Positions 60,425 to 64,000 of a DNA stretch of 64,000 nucleotides are shown here, piece by piece. The first letter of the stretch is position 1. Each line of letters opens with the position of its first letter. The stretch comes from Bacillota bacterium (GTDB lineage Bacteria; Bacillota; Clostridia; Acetivibrionales; DTU013): the NCBI GenBank assembly GCA_023435745.1, contig JAEZMD010000007.1:106738-170737 (forward strand), given 5' to 3'. The position numbers and the translations under genes are program-made. The notes beneath the pieces are model-generated. The model was not told the DNA's origin, did no database searches, and worked only from the letters and a program-made list of their open reading frames with translations.

Positions 60425-61681
60425 TCACCTCTTCAATAATTCACTGATTTTTACACTGGCTGTTTCGCCCGACTGTATATAATGGATCTCCACTGTGTCC
60501 TCATCTACGATACTGATTACTCCGCCGATATTCCTTGCGGCCGCATATTTTTTTGCCTCTTCAATAGTATAACCTGCAATGTCCAGTTCTACCACTATGC
60601 CCTGTTTCCTCAGCTCGGCGCACAGTTCAAACGCAATCCTCCTGCCTGAGCCCATATAGCAGACGAAGCTGTCGATCGAAGGCTTTTCTACAGCTACTTT
60701 TTGCCTTTGGATCGCCATCATAATCATATTTACCCCCAGAGAAAAACCGGTTGCCGGGCAATTCTTTCCAAACTCTCCCACCAGCCTGTCATATCTTCCT
60801 CCCGTAAGGACGGGGAATCCTATCCCGTATGTAAATCCTCTGAAAATGATGCCGGTATCATATGCCAGGCCTCTGAGCATACCCAGATCCACCGATACAT
60901 GCTGCCCCAAGCCATAATCTTCGAGTATTTGCAGTACCTGCCGGATATTTTTCAGCGCATCACGGGATCGCTTGTTTAATTCCAATGCTTCCACCTTTTC
61001 GATCACGTCAACGGAGCCGAAGAGTCCGGGCAGATCAAATATCAGCTTCTTCAGATTCTCCCTGATCTCACATCGCTTAAGAAACTCCTCCAGTCCCACA
61101 TAATCCTTCCGGTCGATCAACATGCGCACCTGAGCAGTGTCCTCATCCGACAGACCGGTCTCTTCCATCAGACCATTAAAAAACTCCACCTGTCCGATAT
61201 CAACCTGAAAGCTTTTCAGACCTGCTGCTTTTAAAGCCTGGATGGCAACTGCAATCACCTCGGCGTCTGACTGCGGCGTATTGACGCCAAGCACCTCTAT
61301 TCCCGCCTGGGTGAACTCATTTTGCTTTCCTCCGCCATAATCATCATATCTGAACACGTTTCCTACATATGAAACCCGAAGAGGATATTCCGCCTCCCTG
61401 TATTTTGTTGCCGTAATCCTGGCGACAGGAACCGTGATATCCGGACGCAGAACCAGGATTCTTCCCTGCTGGTCAAAGAATTTGAACATGTTTTCCTGAG
61501 GCATTGCACCTTCATCGGATGCAAAAACATCATAAAACTCAATCGTCGGAGTCTCCACCTCACAGAAACCACAGCTTCTGAACAATGACCTGAACTTTTG
61601 CTCCAGACCTCTTTTCAGATAACAGTCCTCAAACAGGATATCCTGTACGCCATCAGCTGTATAAATCTTCCAGTTGGTCAT
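60425..61681 (-). CDS. hisZ: ATP phosphoribosyltransferase regulatory subunit (HisRS paralog)
   Basis: 418 aa with a class-II aaRS-like core; it lies directly before the short hisG. Confidence 0.9.
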   Translation of the reverse strand: MTNWKIYTADGVQDILFEDCYLKRGLEQKFRSLFRSCGFCEVETPTIEFYDVFASDEGAMPQENMFKFFDQQGRILVLRPDITVPVARITATKYREAEYPLRVSYVGNVFRYDDYGGGKQNEFTQAGIEVLGVNTPQSDAEVIAVAIQALKAAGLKSFQVDIGQVEFFNGLMEETGLSDEDTAQVRMLIDRKDYVGLEEFLKRCEIRENLKKLIFDLPGLFGSVDVIEKVEALELNKRSRDALKNIRQVLQILEDYGLGQHVSVDLGMLRGLAYDTGIIFRGFTYGIGFPVLTGGRYDRLVGEFGKNCPATGFSLGVNMIMMAIQRQKVAVEKPSIDSFVCYMGSGRRIAFELCAELRKQGIVVELDIAGYTIEEAKKYAAARNIGGVISIVDEDTVEIHYIQSGETASVKISELLKR

Positions 61682-61744
61682 TCTTTACACCTCGTTTGCT
61701 TTATCACTTTACTACGCTAAACTTATAAATTAATGAATTGAAAT

Positions 61745-61781
61745 AATTATAAAATAAAGCCATTAATTTGTCAATGGCTTT
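61745..61781 (-). terminator. Intrinsic terminator after the GGDEF/HD-GYP gene
   Basis: Stem AAAGCCATT/AATGGCTTT (61756-61781). On the minus strand it is followed by ATTTTATAATTATTT. Confidence 0.6.
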
Positions 61782-61898
61782 ATTAATGCCTGTAATTCAG
61801 CTACCTTCGATAAAATCCCTTAGTCCATGTACAATTTACACATGGTTTTTATGCCATTTTCCCCAAAGCTTTCAGACAGACGCAGTACCGTCCCTGTC

Positions 61899-63566
61899 CT
61901 ATCGGGAGTCGGAAATTTCATTCATCATCTGAATAAAGAGCTGAACCAGAGAGGGATCAAACTGGCTTCCCGCTTTAAGATGAAGTTCCAGTAAAGCTTC
62001 TTCTGCAGTCATGGCGGGTTTATTCTGCTGCCGGTGGGTCATGACGTCAAAGGCGTCCAAAATGGATATAATGCGTGACATAAGAGGAATCTCTTCTTCC
62101 TTAAGACCCTGCGGATATCCCTGACCATTCCACCATTCATGGTGATATAAAATGATATCAGCGAGATGGGTAAATTCACCGGAAGCTTGGGCAATTCGAT
62201 AACCAATTTCTACATGCTTTCTCATGATAAGCCATTCCGCATCATTAAGAAGGGACTTTTTCAGAATAATATCTTTTGATATGCCAATTTTGCCGATATC
62301 ATGAAGCGTTACAGCTCGTATAAGAGTATTCAGGTTTTCCGCGGAAAAACCAAGAACCCTTGCGAACTCTTTTGCGAGTGTTTGGAGTCTTTCGATGTGC
62401 CCTTTCATTTCATAATCATTTGCCTGCAACACTTTTCCCAGGGTTTCTGCGATTGCTCCCCTGACTTTCCTGCCTTCGATCAGCTTAACCTGATACATTA
62501 AGTCTTCCGCTTCCTTTAACACCTTAGACAAGCAGGCTTCTCCATCTGTCTTCGTTGCCACTCCCATGGATAAACTTAGAAGAAGGTCCGTCTCCTGAAA
62601 GCTATTACAAGCTGCACTGATCTTATCCCGAATAGTATTAGCTGTTTCATTGTCCGTATTTGGGAGAATAATAGCAAACTCATCACCGCCCCATCGTGCG
62701 ATAATATCATTTTGGCGACAGGATTGCTGAATAATGAGCGCTATTTTTTTAAGTCTTTGATCACCCTCATGATGGCCAAAAACATCGTTAACAAATTTCA
62801 GCCCGTTCATATCCCCAATTATCAGGGAAATGGGCAGATATTCTTTGTTGTTTTCCATCTCTTGAAGTCTATTATCAAAATATGTCTTATTATACAATCC
62901 GGTTAATCCGTCATGGAGCGTAAGATAGGTTATGTAATCCAGACCTTCCCGAATCGCATCCTTCTGTTCTTTAAAATAGAGCTGGATCAGTCCAATAGCG
63001 TTTAAAAGCAGGATAATTTGAGAAACAACATAGGGAGCCATATGGGGCATTTTCAAAATATAAGAAAAAATCAAATTATTGCCGACCCAGGCTATATTTA
63101 ATAAGCCTAATACAAGAATGAGCCTTCCGTATTGTTTGGCCGATCTGATCATAACGATCCCTACCAGAGAGAATAACGCAAATACCGTTAAATACGTGTA
63201 TTGAATCATATATAAAGCCGGCAGGTTTTGCATTGAGAAAACAATAAATACGATTAGCCATATCATTCCGATTCCAAAAAACTGAACTGTTTTGACTTTG
63301 GTTTTCAGGAATAATAGAGTACCCCATGCTAATAAAAGATTTGCACAGAAATAGGAACATAGGCTTAGAAAGAAAACCGATTGATTTTGTCTCAGAAAAT
63401 ATGGGAAAAACGCATCAAGTAAATAATTTAATGCAATGATAGACCAGCCGGCAAACCACAACACCAGAAAGTGTCTGCGTTCAAACGTAAAGATATAGAC
63501 AAACAACATCAGCAAGACTGCAATAGACCCAAGCGATGCAATTAATAAAAGCGCGGATGTTTCCAT
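61899..63566 (-). CDS. Polytopic membrane sensor with GGDEF and HD-GYP domains
   Basis: About 6 N-terminal TM segments. GGDEF motif RWGGDEFAI. HD-GYP motifs HDIGKIGI and HHEWWNGQGYPQGL. Confidence 0.9.
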   Translation of the reverse strand: METSALLLIASLGSIAVLLMLFVYIFTFERRHFLVLWFAGWSIIALNYLLDAFFPYFLRQNQSVFFLSLCSYFCANLLLAWGTLLFLKTKVKTVQFFGIGMIWLIVFIVFSMQNLPALYMIQYTYLTVFALFSLVGIVMIRSAKQYGRLILVLGLLNIAWVGNNLIFSYILKMPHMAPYVVSQIILLLNAIGLIQLYFKEQKDAIREGLDYITYLTLHDGLTGLYNKTYFDNRLQEMENNKEYLPISLIIGDMNGLKFVNDVFGHHEGDQRLKKIALIIQQSCRQNDIIARWGGDEFAIILPNTDNETANTIRDKISAACNSFQETDLLLSLSMGVATKTDGEACLSKVLKEAEDLMYQVKLIEGRKVRGAIAETLGKVLQANDYEMKGHIERLQTLAKEFARVLGFSAENLNTLIRAVTLHDIGKIGISKDIILKKSLLNDAEWLIMRKHVEIGYRIAQASGEFTHLADIILYHHEWWNGQGYPQGLKEEEIPLMSRIISILDAFDVMTHRQQNKPAMTAEEALLELHLKAGSQFDPSLVQLFIQMMNEISDSR

Positions 63567-63719
63567 AATCTCTCCTGGTAAGTTTAGCTATTGCTTAAAT
63601 AGAATTTATTAAATAGTCCATCAAATAACCAGGCTATTCCAATATATATACTATATCAGTAAAATAGTAAAAATGTAACATAAATATATTTTTTCAAGCT
63701 AAATGCGTCATCTTATTAT

Positions 63720-63741
63720 CACCTCAACGTGCGTTGAGGTG
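63720..63741. repeat. Perfect palindrome CACCTCAACG-TG-CGTTGAGGTG
   Basis: Seen in the sequence about 95 nt upstream of the transposase remnant. It could be a hairpin or an element end. Confidence 0.4.
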
Positions 63742-63834
63742 GCAATAAAAGCTTATAATTCGACGCCTCTAAACGTTAAACACCTCCACGCCTAATTCTG
63801 TTGGTACATGACTATATGTTCCGTCCGGATTTAA

Positions 63835-64000
63835 AACGATACCTGTTGTAATCTTGCTTGGGTCACATCAATTCCTAACTCAAGAGAAAAGCTGAACAAC
63901 AAATCTCCATTTGAAATGTTCAGCTTCCTCTATGAGAAAGATGTTCTCGATAACCTTGGACTGTTTCCTGTCACGCCTGACGAGATTTTATTAAAAACCT
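63835..64000 (+). mobile_element. C-terminal fragment of a DDE transposase (IS30-like by my recollection); truncated upstream by an in-frame stop and running off the window
   Basis: The frame reads ...VTSIPNSREKLNNKSPFEMFSFLYEKDVLDNLGLFPVTPDEILLKT, which resembles the (I)N-x-x-P-R-x-x-L-x-x-K-(S/T)-P-x-E-x-F tail of IS30-type transposases. There is a stop at 63832-63834, and no matching upstream frame was found. Confidence 0.35.

Noticed and set aside
61682-61898. Possible His T-box or attenuator leader upstream of hisZ
   Set aside because: Only about 215 nt are available, about 120 of which lie upstream of the preceding gene's terminator hairpin. The region is AT-rich, with no T-box or specifier-loop motifs and no His-codon-rich leader peptide.

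Overview
This 64-kb chromosomal window looks like a Clostridia-class Firmicute. The signals are GGAGG-type RBSs, TTGACA/TATAAT promoters, CIRCE-controlled groESL, a split transketolase, and HisZ with a short HisG. All but three intact genes are on the minus strand. From the left, the window contains: (1) A carbohydrate locus (1-17.2 kb) with a GH51 arabinofuranosidase, a sugar ABC importer, a FucI-like isomerase, DhaK/DhaL, adjacent RpiB- and TIM-paralog isomerases, a split transketolase and a beta-hydroxyacid dehydrogenase. It also carries two LacI regulators, one GntR regulator and an LctP-family permease, and three copies of a GTGTGCGCACAC-type operator. (2) ilvB-ilvD. (3) A long envelope/ABC operon (GldA/F/G-like ABC, DUF4340, YkvI, a beta-propeller-like membrane protein, CvpA). 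(4) An AT-rich defence islet encoding an ABC/AAA15-type ATPase plus an RloB/Toprim-like protein (AbiL-like, split-OLD architecture). Directly downstream is a GC-rich, hairpin-dense, ORF-free tail of about 0.5 kb that ends in an intrinsic terminator. I consider this tail the best candidate for something undescribed. (5) A P-type cation ATPase with MgtC, small accessory genes and HelD. (6) groESL. (7) A 10.3-kb island for glycerophosphodiester/sugar-phosphate uptake, bracketed by about 130-bp diverged direct repeats of the hisIE 3' end. It contains a LacI-HTH/PBP1/solute-binding-protein fusion regulator and the only plus-strand genes. (8) A complete his operon (hisZ-G-D-C-B-purC-hisH-A-F-IE) with purC embedded. 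(9) A GGDEF/HD-GYP membrane protein and a truncated transposase remnant at the window edge. I recognised no rRNA, tRNA or CRISPR array. All functional calls rest on my own reading of the translated ORFs and motifs; no database search was run.
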